Source of the DNA: an uncultured delta proteobacterium
Lineage (GTDB): Bacteria > Myxococcota > Myxococcia > Myxococcales > UBA5297
Direction of reading: 5' to 3'
NCBI GenBank assembly: GCA_963772225.1
Contig: CAVYWD010000009.1
Location: forward strand, 153,063 to 217,062
DNA: 64,000 nucleotides
The notes under the pieces are model-generated. The model had not been told where the DNA came from. It was given only the letters and a program-made list of their open reading frames with translations, and did not search any database. Shown here one piece after another: positions 39,324-48,475 of the stretch (positions are counted from its first letter, which is position 1; each line of letters begins with the position of its first letter). The position numbers and the translations under genes were made by a program.

Positions 39324-40853
39324 ATGAGACTCACCCTCGCTGCCGGCGACATCGTGAAGCAGAGCTGCGACCTGTTGCTCTTGCCCGTCTTCGAATCGGA
39401 CCTCGGCGGCGGCAAGCCCCCGATGATGAAGGCGCTCGCGGCGTTGAATGAGGCGCTCTCGGGCCTGCCGCTCAGGGCGGCGGGCGAAGAGGACTTCACA
39501 GGGAAGGCCGAGCAGTCGCTCCTGTTCCACACCTTCCAGGGCGCGGGCGCGAAGCGCGCCCTGCTCCTCGGCCTGGGGCCGCGCCAGAGGTTCCAGACGG
39601 AGGTCCTGCGTCTCGCCCTCGGCCGCGGCATGCGCGCCGCACAAAGGGTCTCGGCGAAGAGCCTCGCGGTCGCGCTGCCCGAGGCGCGGGAGGAGGAGTC
39701 CTGCGTCAAGGCCGCGGCCGAGGGGCTGCTCCTGGGCGCCTACAAGTTCGACCGCTACAAGTCCGCGCCCCAGAGCCCGGCGGCGCGGGCACAGGTCGCC
39801 GAGGCGCGCCTCGTCCTGCCGGCAGGCGTCGAGAAGACCCGCGCCATGCAGGAAGCGCTCGACCTGGCGGGGGCAGTGGCCCGGGCGACGAACTGGGCGC
39901 GCGACCTCGTCAACGAGCCCGCCAACGCGCTCACGCCGTCGCGGCTGGCGGGCGCGGCGAGGCAAGTCGCGCGCGAGGGGAAGCTCGAGGTGCAGGTCCT
40001 CGCGCGCCCGGCCATCGAGCGACTGAAGATGGGGCTCTTCCTCGGCGTCTCCCACGGCAGCGCCGAACCGCCCGCGCTCGTGCACCTCGCCTGGGTGCCG
40101 CCCGGCAAGGCCGCGCGCTCTCCGGCCGTCGCGCTGGTCGGGAAGGCCATCACCTATGACTCCGGCGGCCTGTCGCTCAAGCCCACCGAGTCCATGGTGG
40201 ACATGAAGACCGACATGGCCGGCGCCGCGGCCGTCCTGGGCGCCATGAAGGTCGTCGCCGAGCTCAAGCCGCCGTTCCCGGTGCACGCGTTCATGGGCGC
40301 CTGCGAGAACATGCCCGGCAGCAGGGCCTACAAGCCGGGCGACATCCTCACCTCGCGCCTGGGCAAGACCGTGGAGATCACCAACACCGACGCCGAAGGC
40401 CGCCTCGTCCTCGCCGACGTGCTCGCCTGGGCCAACGAGCGCAAGCCGGCGCTCCTCGTCGACCTCGCCACGCTCACCGGCGCGTGCATGGTCGCGCTGG
40501 GCCACCACATCGCCGGCGCCTTCGGCTCGGAGGACACCGCGGTCTGGGAGGTGCTCGAAGCGGCCAAGTCCTCCGGCGAGGAGGTCTGGCGACTGCCCCT
40601 CTCCGAGCACCAGCGCGACAACCTCAAGTCCGAGGTCGCCGACCTGAAGAACACCGGCGAGCGCTGGGGCGGCGCCCTGAACGCGGCGCTCTTCCTCAAG
40701 GAGTTCGTCGGCGAGACGCCCTGGGTTCACCTGGACATCGCCGGGCCGTCGACGAGCCCCAAGGAGCGCGGGTACCTGGCCAAGGGCGCCACCGGCTTCG
40801 GCGTGCGAACTTTGGTCGAGCTCGTCCGCGCGCGGATGCGGCAGGGCGCTTGA
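39324..40853 (+). CDS. pepA: Leucyl aminopeptidase (M17)
   Basis: VGKAITYDSGG, MKTDMAGAA, NTDAEGRL, DLATLTGA and WVHLDIAG. Confidence 0.95.
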   Translation: MRLTLAAGDIVKQSCDLLLLPVFESDLGGGKPPMMKALAALNEALSGLPLRAAGEEDFTGKAEQSLLFHTFQGAGAKRALLLGLGPRQRFQTEVLRLALGRGMRAAQRVSAKSLAVALPEAREEESCVKAAAEGLLLGAYKFDRYKSAPQSPAARAQVAEARLVLPAGVEKTRAMQEALDLAGAVARATNWARDLVNEPANALTPSRLAGAARQVAREGKLEVQVLARPAIERLKMGLFLGVSHGSAEPPALVHLAWVPPGKAARSPAVALVGKAITYDSGGLSLKPTESMVDMKTDMAGAAAVLGAMKVVAELKPPFPVHAFMGACENMPGSRAYKPGDILTSRLGKTVEITNTDAEGRLVLADVLAWANERKPALLVDLATLTGACMVALGHHIAGAFGSEDTAVWEVLEAAKSSGEEVWRLPLSEHQRDNLKSEVADLKNTGERWGGALNAALFLKEFVGETPWVHLDIAGPSTSPKERGYLAKGATGFGVRTLVELVRARMRQGA

Positions 40854-40898
40854 GCGGGCGAAGAGCTTCGGGCGTCGGCCGCTGCGGCCCGAGCGCCG

Positions 40899-41500
40899 TC
40901 ACCCATTCGCGAACGTCGTCGCGGCGGTCCGCGCGCGCGGAAGCGCCAGGAAGAACGTCGTCCCCTCGCCTTTCGCGCTCTCGAACCCGATGCGCCCCGC
41001 GTGCATCTCGAGTATCTCGCGGGCCAAGAAGAGCCCCACGCCCATCCCGCCCGGAGTGGGCAGCTCTCCCGCGTGCGCCTGGTAGAACCGCTCGAAGACG
41101 CGCCCCTGCCTCTCGGGCGGGATGCCGATGCCGCGGTCGGCGATGCTGAGCACGACCTCCTGGCCCCCGGGTTCCACCCGCACCACGATGTCCCCACCGC
41201 GCGGCGAGAACTTGATGGCGTTGTCCAACAGGTTCACGAGGACCTGGTCGATGCGCTCCCGATCGGCGAGCACCAGAGCGCCGGGGATTGCTCCTGCCAC
41301 CGTCAGCCGATGGCCGCGCGCGAGGGTCTGCATCCGCTCGACGGCGTCGGCGGCCAGCCGCGAGAGGTCGACGGGCTCGGTGGACAAGCGGATCCGCGCA
41401 CCCTGGACGCGGGAGAGCTCGAGCAGGTCGCGCACCATCCGGTCCATCCGATCGCACTGACGGGCGATCACCTCCAGGCTCCTGGCAATGCAGTCCGGGT
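40899..41500 (-). pseudogene. 3' remnant of a sensor histidine kinase (end of HisKA plus HATPase)
   Basis: LLELSR, QVLVNLLDNAIKFS, DRGIGI, FERFYQ and GMGVGL. No H-box, sensor or start codon; begins just after the neighbouring stop codon. Confidence 0.75.
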
Positions 41501-41542
41501 TCGGGCCGCTGGGGCTCGGAAACGCCCGCCGAATTCCGGGAG

Positions 41543-42064
41543 TCAGAGCGAGGCCTCGAACGGCTCGGCAAGCAGCCTGGGCGACGAGCCCTCCAGGTTG
41601 ATGAGCTCCACGCGGATTTTCCGATCGTGGACGATAGCGATGCCCGCCGACCGAGGAAGCGAGAAGCGGCGCGGCCCCGCGCTTCCCGGATTGACGAACA
41701 CCCGGCCCGCCACCGCCTGCGCGAGCGGCCGGTGCGAGTGCCCGAAGATCACGACGTCGGGCGACTCGCGCTCCACCGCGGCGCGCGCCGCCGCCGTCAA
41801 CCGCTCCGGCCTGCCCAGCTCGTGCACGACCACCGCCTTCAGCCCCTCGAGCTGCAGCGACTCCACGTCGCGCAAGCCAACCCCGTCGGCTCCCCGATCG
41901 TTGTTGCCCCTCACCGCGACCACCGGGGCGAGCTCCTCGAGTTGGCGAAGGACCTCGCGCCCCACCACGTCGCCCGCGTGGACGATCCGGTCGCATCCCG
42001 CGAGGATCCGCGGTAGAAACAGGTCGAAGCGCCCATGGGTATCCGACACGAGGCCGATGCGCAA
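41543..42064 (-). CDS. YfcE-family metallophosphoesterase
   Basis: SDTHG, HAGD, VRGNND, FGHSH and NPGSAG. Confidence 0.9.
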   Translation of the reverse strand: MRIGLVSDTHGRFDLFLPRILAGCDRIVHAGDVVGREVLRQLEELAPVVAVRGNNDRGADGVGLRDVESLQLEGLKAVVVHELGRPERLTAAARAAVERESPDVVIFGHSHRPLAQAVAGRVFVNPGSAGPRRFSLPRSAGIAIVHDRKIRVELINLEGSSPRLLAEPFEASL

Positions 42065-42252
42065 AGGCGGCTTCTCCTGTTCCCTTCAGGGCGCCCATAG
42101 CGACGCGAATCCTGCCCCGGGTTTGGGCATCGAAAGGGCGCCCGCGCCGCCCGCATTCGGGGCCGCACGCGGGAATGCCCCGTCGCAACGCGGCACTCAG
42201 GCAATTAACTGGCGCGAAGCAGCTCCTGGCTTGCGTTTCTTTCGAGGTGTGA

Positions 42253-43452
42253 ATGCGCCGTTCGTCTCTCGCCGTCCTCTATCTGACCGTCTTCATCGAC
42301 CTGCTCGGGTTCGGGATCATCCTGCCCCAGTTGGCGTACGTCGCAGAGCGCTTCGGCGCGAGCGCCGTCTGGGTTGGTGCCGTGATGACCGCGTACTCCG
42401 CGGTGCAGCTCATCAGCGCTCCTCTGCTGGGCCGCCTGTCGGACCGCATCGGCCGCCGGCCCGTCCTGCTTCTGAGCCTGGTTGGGTCGGCGCTTTCGCT
42501 CGCCCTCTCCGGTGCCGCCCAATCGCTGACGGTGCTCATGCTCGCCCGCTCGCTCGCCGGCCTATTCGGCGGCAGCATCGCCACCGCGCAGGCATACATC
42601 GCGGACGTGACGGAGCCGAAGGAGCGCGCGCGCTGGATGGGCCTGCTCGGCGCCTCCATCGGGCTCGGGTTCGTGTTCGGCCCCGCGTTGGGTGCGGTGT
42701 TGAGCCGGTACGGCTTCGGCGCTGCGGCCTTCGTCGCTTCGGGGCTCGCCGCCGCCAACTTCGTCTTCGCGTTCTTCAAGCTGGCGGAGTCGCGCGTGCC
42801 GGGTGCGAGCGGCCGGACGCGCGCTCGCCTGGGCATCGCCGAGCTCTTCCGGGCGTTCAGCCACCCGCTCATCGGCCGCGCGGTGGGCGCCACTTTCCTG
42901 GCGACGTTCGGCTTCGTCTCCATGGAGGCGACGTTCGCGCTCTTGGGGGAGCGCCGCTTCAAGCTCGAGGCCGGGCGGCTGGGGCTCGTCTTCACGTACG
43001 TCGGCGTCCTCATCGTCATCGTGCAAGGCGGGCTCATCGGCCGGTTGACTGCGCGGTTCGGCGAGCGGGCGCTGGCCGTGACCGGGGCGATCATCATGTC
43101 GGCCTCGCTGGTCGCGCTGCCGCACGCCGGCAGCTTCGCGGTCGCCTTGGGCGTGCTCGGGGCCCTCGCCGTGGGCCAGGCGCTGGTAACGCCGACGCTG
43201 AGCGCACTCATCTCCCGGGCGGTCAGCGCCGAGGAGCAGGGCGGAACACTGGGGTTCGGCCAGTCGGCGGCGGCCGCGGCTCGCGCCATCGGCCCCCTGG
43301 CCGCGGGCTGGCTCTTCGACCGCGGCCCCTCGGTGCCCTACCACGCAGCGGGGGCGCTGATGCTGGGCGCCGCGGCCCTCGTGGCTCTCTCGCGGAGCCC
43401 CGAGCTCGCGAGCGAGCTGCCGAGCGCGGCCCCTGAGGCGACCAATCCGTAA
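42253..43452 (+). CDS. MFS efflux transporter (TetA-like, DHA1)
   Basis: FIDLLGFGIILP, GRLSDRIGRRPV, AYIADVT and GFVFGPALG; about 12 hydrophobic segments. Confidence 0.9.
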   Translation: MRRSSLAVLYLTVFIDLLGFGIILPQLAYVAERFGASAVWVGAVMTAYSAVQLISAPLLGRLSDRIGRRPVLLLSLVGSALSLALSGAAQSLTVLMLARSLAGLFGGSIATAQAYIADVTEPKERARWMGLLGASIGLGFVFGPALGAVLSRYGFGAAAFVASGLAAANFVFAFFKLAESRVPGASGRTRARLGIAELFRAFSHPLIGRAVGATFLATFGFVSMEATFALLGERRFKLEAGRLGLVFTYVGVLIVIVQGGLIGRLTARFGERALAVTGAIIMSASLVALPHAGSFAVALGVLGALAVGQALVTPTLSALISRAVSAEEQGGTLGFGQSAAAAARAIGPLAAGWLFDRGPSVPYHAAGALMLGAAALVALSRSPELASELPSAAPEATNP

Positions 43453-43457
43453 GTCCC

Positions 43458-43601
43458 TGGCGAGAGGCTGTTGTTACGGAAACCAGCGATCGCCGACGCG
43501 CCGATTCTCCTCAACCCCCTCCCCGCTCGCGGGGAGGGGGCGAAGGGGGAGAGGTCGTTCGAGTGGCGAGGAGACCTATTTCGTAACAGGCTTTGGCGAG
43601 A
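43458..43601. mobile_element. Candidate MITE-like element containing a REP-like hairpin
   Basis: tggcgaga direct repeats at 43458 and 43594; imperfect terminal inverted repeats tgttacggaaa / tttcgtaaca; internal 40-mer also found at 56359. Confidence 0.45.
43512..43551. repeat. REP-like palindromic repeat, copy 1
   Basis: caaccccctccccgctcgcggggagggggcgaagggggag, identical to 56359-56398. Confidence 0.9.
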
Positions 43602-43608
43602 CTGCGCC

Positions 43609-44304
43609 TCAGACCGCCGAGACATGTCCGGACGCGCGCCGCGATGCCCGGAGCACCTCCTCCACCAGCAGCTCCTCCGGCAGCCCGCCCGCGAGCGCGC
43701 CGCCGCCGGCGACGATGAGCGATGGAACGGCCCGTATGCCGTGTCGGTGGGCGAGGCCCGGGAGCTCCTCCGCGTCGATCACGTCGGCTTCGATCCAGGG
43801 GCTCTCGATGGCGAGCTTGTGCACCAGACGGGCGACCTGCGGGCAGTGGGGGCAGCTCGAAGTGACGAAGAGCTGGAGATGCACCGGCGCGTCCAGGCCG
43901 GCCAGCCGCTCCCGCGAGGCCGCGGAGAGGTCGGTGACTCCGCGCGAGACGTCCACCAGGTCTTCGAGCAAGCTCGTCAGCTCGCCTCCCAGCGGGACGC
44001 CCAGGAAGCGCACGCGCCCCCGCGCGGCACCCGACAGGACGATGGCCGGGACCTCGTGAACGCCGAGCTCTTCTGCGAGGACCTGCTCCTCGGGAAGCGG
44101 CCGGACGCGAAGCGCTATCTGGCTCCAGAGCGCCGCGAGCTCCTCGAGGAACTGCTGGGCCTGGGGCCAGAGAGCAGCGTGGTCGTCCACTCGAAAGTGC
44201 TCGACCTCCCGGCGCAGGAAAAGGTCGATCTGGACGGGGCGGCGGATGAGCCCGCGCAACCTCTCCTGCAACAGCTCGGCTTCTGGTCTCTCGATGAGCG
44301 GCAT
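43609..44304 (-). CDS. Two-domain thioredoxin-fold protein (PDO / AhpF N-terminal-like)
   Basis: VRFLGVPLGGELTSLL, FVTSSCPHCP and IRAVP; the first domain lacks CxxC. Confidence 0.85.
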   Translation of the reverse strand: MPLIERPEAELLQERLRGLIRRPVQIDLFLRREVEHFRVDDHAALWPQAQQFLEELAALWSQIALRVRPLPEEQVLAEELGVHEVPAIVLSGAARGRVRFLGVPLGGELTSLLEDLVDVSRGVTDLSAASRERLAGLDAPVHLQLFVTSSCPHCPQVARLVHKLAIESPWIEADVIDAEELPGLAHRHGIRAVPSLIVAGGGALAGGLPEELLVEEVLRASRRASGHVSAV

Positions 44305-44514
44305 CGCGCACCCCGTCCATCGGAGCCATCGGGGCTCCCCTCCGATTCGGAATCCTCATCGGGGCGGGGCCGCGGTCGCCGCGAACCTCGAAGCCCGCTC
44401 GGCTCTCTCACCGGTCACGGCGGTTGACCGGGGGGAGGGGAAAGCCATGCAACCCGCCCTCGGCCGCGGATACCGCGCGCGCCTTTTCCGGTCCTAGCCG
44501 ACGGGGTCGTGGCT

Positions 44515-45336
44515 CTAGGCGGTCTTCTCGACGAACGCCTGGATGGCGCGCCGCACCGAGTCCTGCACGGCGCCCGGGACCTTGGGCGCAGGCGCTGCCC
44601 GGCACACTGCGAGCGTGCTGCGCAGCGAGTCGCAGGCGACACGGCAGCGGGGGCAGCCGGTGAGGTGCTTTTCCATTTGGGCGCAGAGGTCGCTGCTGAT
44701 CTCGCCCTCCATGTGCCGGGAGAGGAGGCCAACCACGTCGGGGCACGTCGGGCTCGGCGCCTCTTCCACCACTCCCAAGACCGGGGCGACGCGAGCGCGC
44801 ACGGCGATCCGAGCGCGGTGCAGCCGGCTCTTGACCGCCTCGACGCTGATCCCCAGCACCTCCGAGACCTCCGGCGCCGAGAGGCCCTCGACGTCGCGCA
44901 GGACCAGCACCTCGCGGTACATCGGCTCGAGCTCGCCGATGGCGGCCTCGAGGACCCGCTCCACCTGGCGGCCGGCGATCTCCTCGTCGGGCGCGCGGGC
45001 CCCGTCGGGAATGGCGCGAGCCTCGCGATCGCCCTCGGCCTCGAGGGATTCCTCGCGCTCCGGGGCGAACTTGCTGCGGCGCCGCTTCTTGATGCAGAAG
45101 CTGCGGGCGATGGTGTAGAGCCAGGTCGAGACCGCTGACCCGCCGCGGAAGTCGCGCAGGTTGCGCACCACCGCGAGCAGCGTCTCCTGCAGGATGTCTT
45201 TGGCGTCCTCCGGGTCGCCGCACATCTTCATGCCGAACCGGTAGATGTGCGCCTGGTACTTCGCCAAGAGAGCGTCCAGCGCCTCGCGATCACCGGCGCG
45301 AGCGGCTTCCACGAGCGCCTGCTCATTTTCCATCAT
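44515..45336 (-). CDS. ECF sigma factor with fused C-terminal zinc-finger (ZAS/zf-HC2-like) domain
   Basis: DAKDILQET, STWLYTIAR, LRDVEGLS and VKSRLHRAR, then TC..HLTGCPRC. Confidence 0.9.
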   Translation of the reverse strand: MMENEQALVEAARAGDREALDALLAKYQAHIYRFGMKMCGDPEDAKDILQETLLAVVRNLRDFRGGSAVSTWLYTIARSFCIKKRRRSKFAPEREESLEAEGDREARAIPDGARAPDEEIAGRQVERVLEAAIGELEPMYREVLVLRDVEGLSAPEVSEVLGISVEAVKSRLHRARIAVRARVAPVLGVVEEAPSPTCPDVVGLLSRHMEGEISSDLCAQMEKHLTGCPRCRVACDSLRSTLAVCRAAPAPKVPGAVQDSVRRAIQAFVEKTA

Positions 45337-45453
45337 CGGGCCTTCCACGGTCACCTCGCGCCCCCGCTTCCGCCTGTAACAGCCGGCAGGGCCGGCGCCT
45401 TCGATTCACGAACAGGGCTGCCGCCCCGAGAAATTTTTGAAGCGCGGCCCGCG

Positions 45454-46206
45454 CTAGGTCTTGAACCGCGCGATCCGCTCGGCGAGCTGCCGTGCAGCCG
45501 CGGCCGGGTCTTGGGCCTGCAGGATGGGCCGGCCCACGACCAGCACGTCGGCGCCCGCGGCCAGGGCAGACTCCACCGTCTCGGCGCGAGCCTGGTCCCC
45601 CCGCTTGTCCCCCTCGGCGCGGATGCCCGGAGTGACGATGAGCGGCGCCGGCCCCACGGCCGAGCGCACGCTCGCGGCCTCCCGGGGCGAGCACACGATG
45701 CCCGAGGCTCCTGCGTCCACTGCCAGGCGGGCCAGCGCCGGCACCGCTTCTTCGGGGCCGTGGCGAAAGCCGACACGGGCAAGGCTTGCCGCGTCCAGGC
45801 TGGTGAGCACGGTGACCGCCAGGATGCGCGGCGGCCGGCAGCCGGCGCGCCGGGCGCCCTCGGCCGCGCCTTCCGCTGCGGCGCGCACCATCGCTTCGCC
45901 CCCCGCGGCGTGCACCGTCAGGAGCTCCACTCCCAGCGCACCCACCGCCTGCGCCGCCAGCCCGACGGTGTTGGGGATGTCGTGGAGCTTGAGGTCCAGG
46001 AAGATGCGCGCGCCCGCGGCCTTGAGCGCCGAGACCACCGCCGGGCCCTCGCGGCAGAAGAGAGAGAGGCCCACCTTCAGGTACCCAACGTCCCTGGCCA
46101 GCGCTCCGCCCAGCGAGCGCGCCGCCTCAGGCTCCACGTCGAGCGCCACCGCCAGCGCGCGCTCTCGCGCCCCAGCGCTCGACCCCCCCGTTGTATTCGC
46201 CGTCAT
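45454..46206 (-). CDS. pyrF: Orotidine-5'-phosphate decarboxylase
   Basis: [40 protein letters not shown] and VVGRPI. Confidence 0.96.
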   Translation of the reverse strand: MTANTTGGSSAGARERALAVALDVEPEAARSLGGALARDVGYLKVGLSLFCREGPAVVSALKAAGARIFLDLKLHDIPNTVGLAAQAVGALGVELLTVHAAGGEAMVRAAAEGAAEGARRAGCRPPRILAVTVLTSLDAASLARVGFRHGPEEAVPALARLAVDAGASGIVCSPREAASVRSAVGPAPLIVTPGIRAEGDKRGDQARAETVESALAAGADVLVVGRPILQAQDPAAAARQLAERIARFKT

Positions 46207-46224
46207 GCTCACGCCTTCCATGAG

Positions 46225-47469
46225 TTATTTCCCGCGCAGCAACCGCGCGACCTCGCGCGCCAAGTCCAGAGCCTTGGGGGCCGGGAGAAGATTGCGCGCA
46301 TCGAAGAGCGCGAATGAGACGAACGCGTCCAGCGCTTCGAGCGCCATCGCCCGGCCCATGGCGCCTTTGTGCACCCGCTGCCCGTTGGCGAGCACCGCCT
46401 CCAGGTCCAGCTGGCCGTCTTTGTCCAGCGCCACGCCTTCGAAGAGCCCGGCCTGCTCGCGCGAGAGGCAGGAGAAGAACGAGCTGAGCCGATTGGCCTC
46501 GCCGGCCGCCTTCAGCTCCTCGCTGATGCGGGCCACCGCCGCCTTGTAGAGCTGCGGCGGCGAGCCGGCGAGCGTGGCCGGCTTGGAGATGCCGCTCCCG
46601 CGCTCGGGCACGAGGGCCGGGAGGGGCACGCGGGCCAGGTCGCGGTCCGCCAGCTCGACCAGCGCCTTGGAGCAGGCGAGCTCGCCCAGGCGCGTCGCGC
46701 GCGCGAGCGCGCGGGCCGTTCGCACACCGTCGATGGCCTCGTAGACGACCTTGGCGTCGCCGTCGGCGGGCGCCGCGCCGCCTTCGACCAGGTACGGGCT
46801 TCCGCCGGGGTCGACCCGCTTGCGCAGCGCACGCAAATCCTCGCTGCGCGCCATGCCCGCGAGCGCGAGGTCGCGCGTGCGGTCGGGGAGCTTGACGGTG
46901 TTGAGCTCGGCGGATTCGCCCTCGACGAAGGCGAATTCCCCCTCGTTCTCGCCGAAGGAGTTGACGACGATATCCCGGACCTGCTGCTGCACGCCCTTGT
47001 AGAGCTCCGCTGGGTCGAGGTGGCCCGCATCGATGAGCAGCTTCCCCAACTTGACGTGGGGCCCGACCTTGGGCTCGCAGGCCTTCAGCGCCTCGAGCGA
47101 GAGAGCGCCGGAGCGCCAGAGGACGTTGCCCAGCCGCTCGGCCGGGTCGGTGGACGCGGCGAAGGTCACCTGTCCGTCGTGGAAGACGATGCGCCGGCGC
47201 GCGCCGCTGGACTGGAGCAGCAGCGTGCCGCTCCGGATGGCCGAGCAGACGAAGCCGAAGATCTCCGCGACCGACAGCGTGCTCAGCTCGCCGACGAAGA
47301 AGCCGCGGCGCGCCGACTCGCGCGCCAGGACCAGCACGTTGCCGCCCGGCGCGAAGGTGAACAGCTCCTCGCCGGCCTTGAGTCCGAAGCGCTCCGCCAC
47401 GTCGCGCGGGAGCTCGACCTGAGCGCGCCCTTCCTGGATGCGGACGAAGCTTGCCGGCGGGGGAGGCAT
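46225..47469 (-). CDS. DUF4388-type domain protein with AbrB-like N-terminus and winged-helix-like segment
   Basis: GELSTLSVAEIF..SGTL..FHDGQVTFAAS..ERLG..GEFAF; N-terminal QVELPRDVAERFGLKAGEEL. Confidence 0.75.
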   Translation of the reverse strand: MPPPPASFVRIQEGRAQVELPRDVAERFGLKAGEELFTFAPGGNVLVLARESARRGFFVGELSTLSVAEIFGFVCSAIRSGTLLLQSSGARRRIVFHDGQVTFAASTDPAERLGNVLWRSGALSLEALKACEPKVGPHVKLGKLLIDAGHLDPAELYKGVQQQVRDIVVNSFGENEGEFAFVEGESAELNTVKLPDRTRDLALAGMARSEDLRALRKRVDPGGSPYLVEGGAAPADGDAKVVYEAIDGVRTARALARATRLGELACSKALVELADRDLARVPLPALVPERGSGISKPATLAGSPPQLYKAAVARISEELKAAGEANRLSSFFSCLSREQAGLFEGVALDKDGQLDLEAVLANGQRVHKGAMGRAMALEALDAFVSFALFDARNLLPAPKALDLAREVARLLRGK

Positions 47470-47549
47470 GGGGCTCTGGCCTTGATGGATTTGGGCTTTA
47501 TCCCTGAGGCAAGCCGACGCGTCAACCCTCAGGAAGCGCCGAGCCGAAG

Positions 47550-48374
47550 CTAGAAGCTGACTCGGACTTCGGAGGTGCGGCCGACTTTGACGTGCACGTT
47601 CTGCCGCTTCTCGGGGCCGCCGTCGGCAGGCGTGAGGCGGACCTTGTGGAGACCCGCGGGAACGTCGACGTCGATGGGGGTCTGGCCGACGCTCGCACCG
47701 TCGAGGAAAACCTCGGCGCCGGGCGGCTCCGAGGCGATGCTCAGCGTCCCGGTCCCCCCCTCTTCCTCGGAAGGCGCCGCCTCCGCGGGCGGGGCCTTCG
47801 ATGCGGACTTGACGTCGGGCGGCTTCGCCTCGGAGCTCGGCGACTCGGGCTTGGCAACTTCCGGCTTGGCAGCCTCAGGCTTGGCGGCTTCGGGCTTAGC
47901 CGGCTGTGCGACGGCTGGAGCGGGAGCGCCCTGCACCTCGGTCCGCGCGACCACGGGCTCAGGCTTTGGCGGCACCTTGCGGGCGGGAGCAGGAGGCGTC
48001 GCCTTCGCGGCGCTCTCCGCAGGCCGAACCGCCGCCGGCGGGGCCTGGGGTTTCGCAGGAATGGAAGCCATCGGCGGCGCGGCCGGCGCCGGCGCCGGCT
48101 TGGCGGGAGCCGCGGCCGCGGGGCGCTCGATCGCCTGCGCGGGCGGAGCCACCGCCGCTTCCATGGGCGCCGGAGCGGGGCTCGCCGCACCCTCCGGCGC
48201 CTTGGCGGGCGTTGAAGGCTGCGTCTTGGACGGTGGATCGCCTGGCGATTGTGCGAGCCAAGCGAGCCCGGGGCGGCGCGGCCCCGGGATGGCGGAAGCG
48301 GGGCTCGCGAGCGCGACCAGCATCGCCCCGAGGCCGGCTACTGCCGCGATTGCCGCGCCGAATTTGCTGGCCAT
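47550..48374 (-). CDS. Secreted PEGA-domain protein with Pro/Ala-rich linker
   Basis: GTLSIASEPPGAEVFLDG..VGQTP..GLHKVRL; AKPEx repeated four times. Confidence 0.85.
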   Translation of the reverse strand: MASKFGAAIAAVAGLGAMLVALASPASAIPGPRRPGLAWLAQSPGDPPSKTQPSTPAKAPEGAASPAPAPMEAAVAPPAQAIERPAAAAPAKPAPAPAAPPMASIPAKPQAPPAAVRPAESAAKATPPAPARKVPPKPEPVVARTEVQGAPAPAVAQPAKPEAAKPEAAKPEVAKPESPSSEAKPPDVKSASKAPPAEAAPSEEEGGTGTLSIASEPPGAEVFLDGASVGQTPIDVDVPAGLHKVRLTPADGGPEKRQNVHVKVGRTSEVRVSF

Positions 48375-48475
48375 TGGCTTGGGCTCCTTGCGACCGCTCG
48401 GCCGCTGGGAAGTCTACCATCTCAGGTAGTCGTTTTGGGAAAGGCCATCAAGGGGTTAGAGTTCCGAGCGCTACC

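Noticed and set aside
40899-42188. 429-aa ORF as a full-length histidine kinase
   Set aside because: Its N-terminal half is an off-frame overlap of the YfcE gene, and there is no H-box; treated as a remnant.
47840-47905. 15-bp tandem repeats (AKPEA) in the PEGA protein
   Set aside because: Ordinary low-complexity linker repeats with synonymous divergence.
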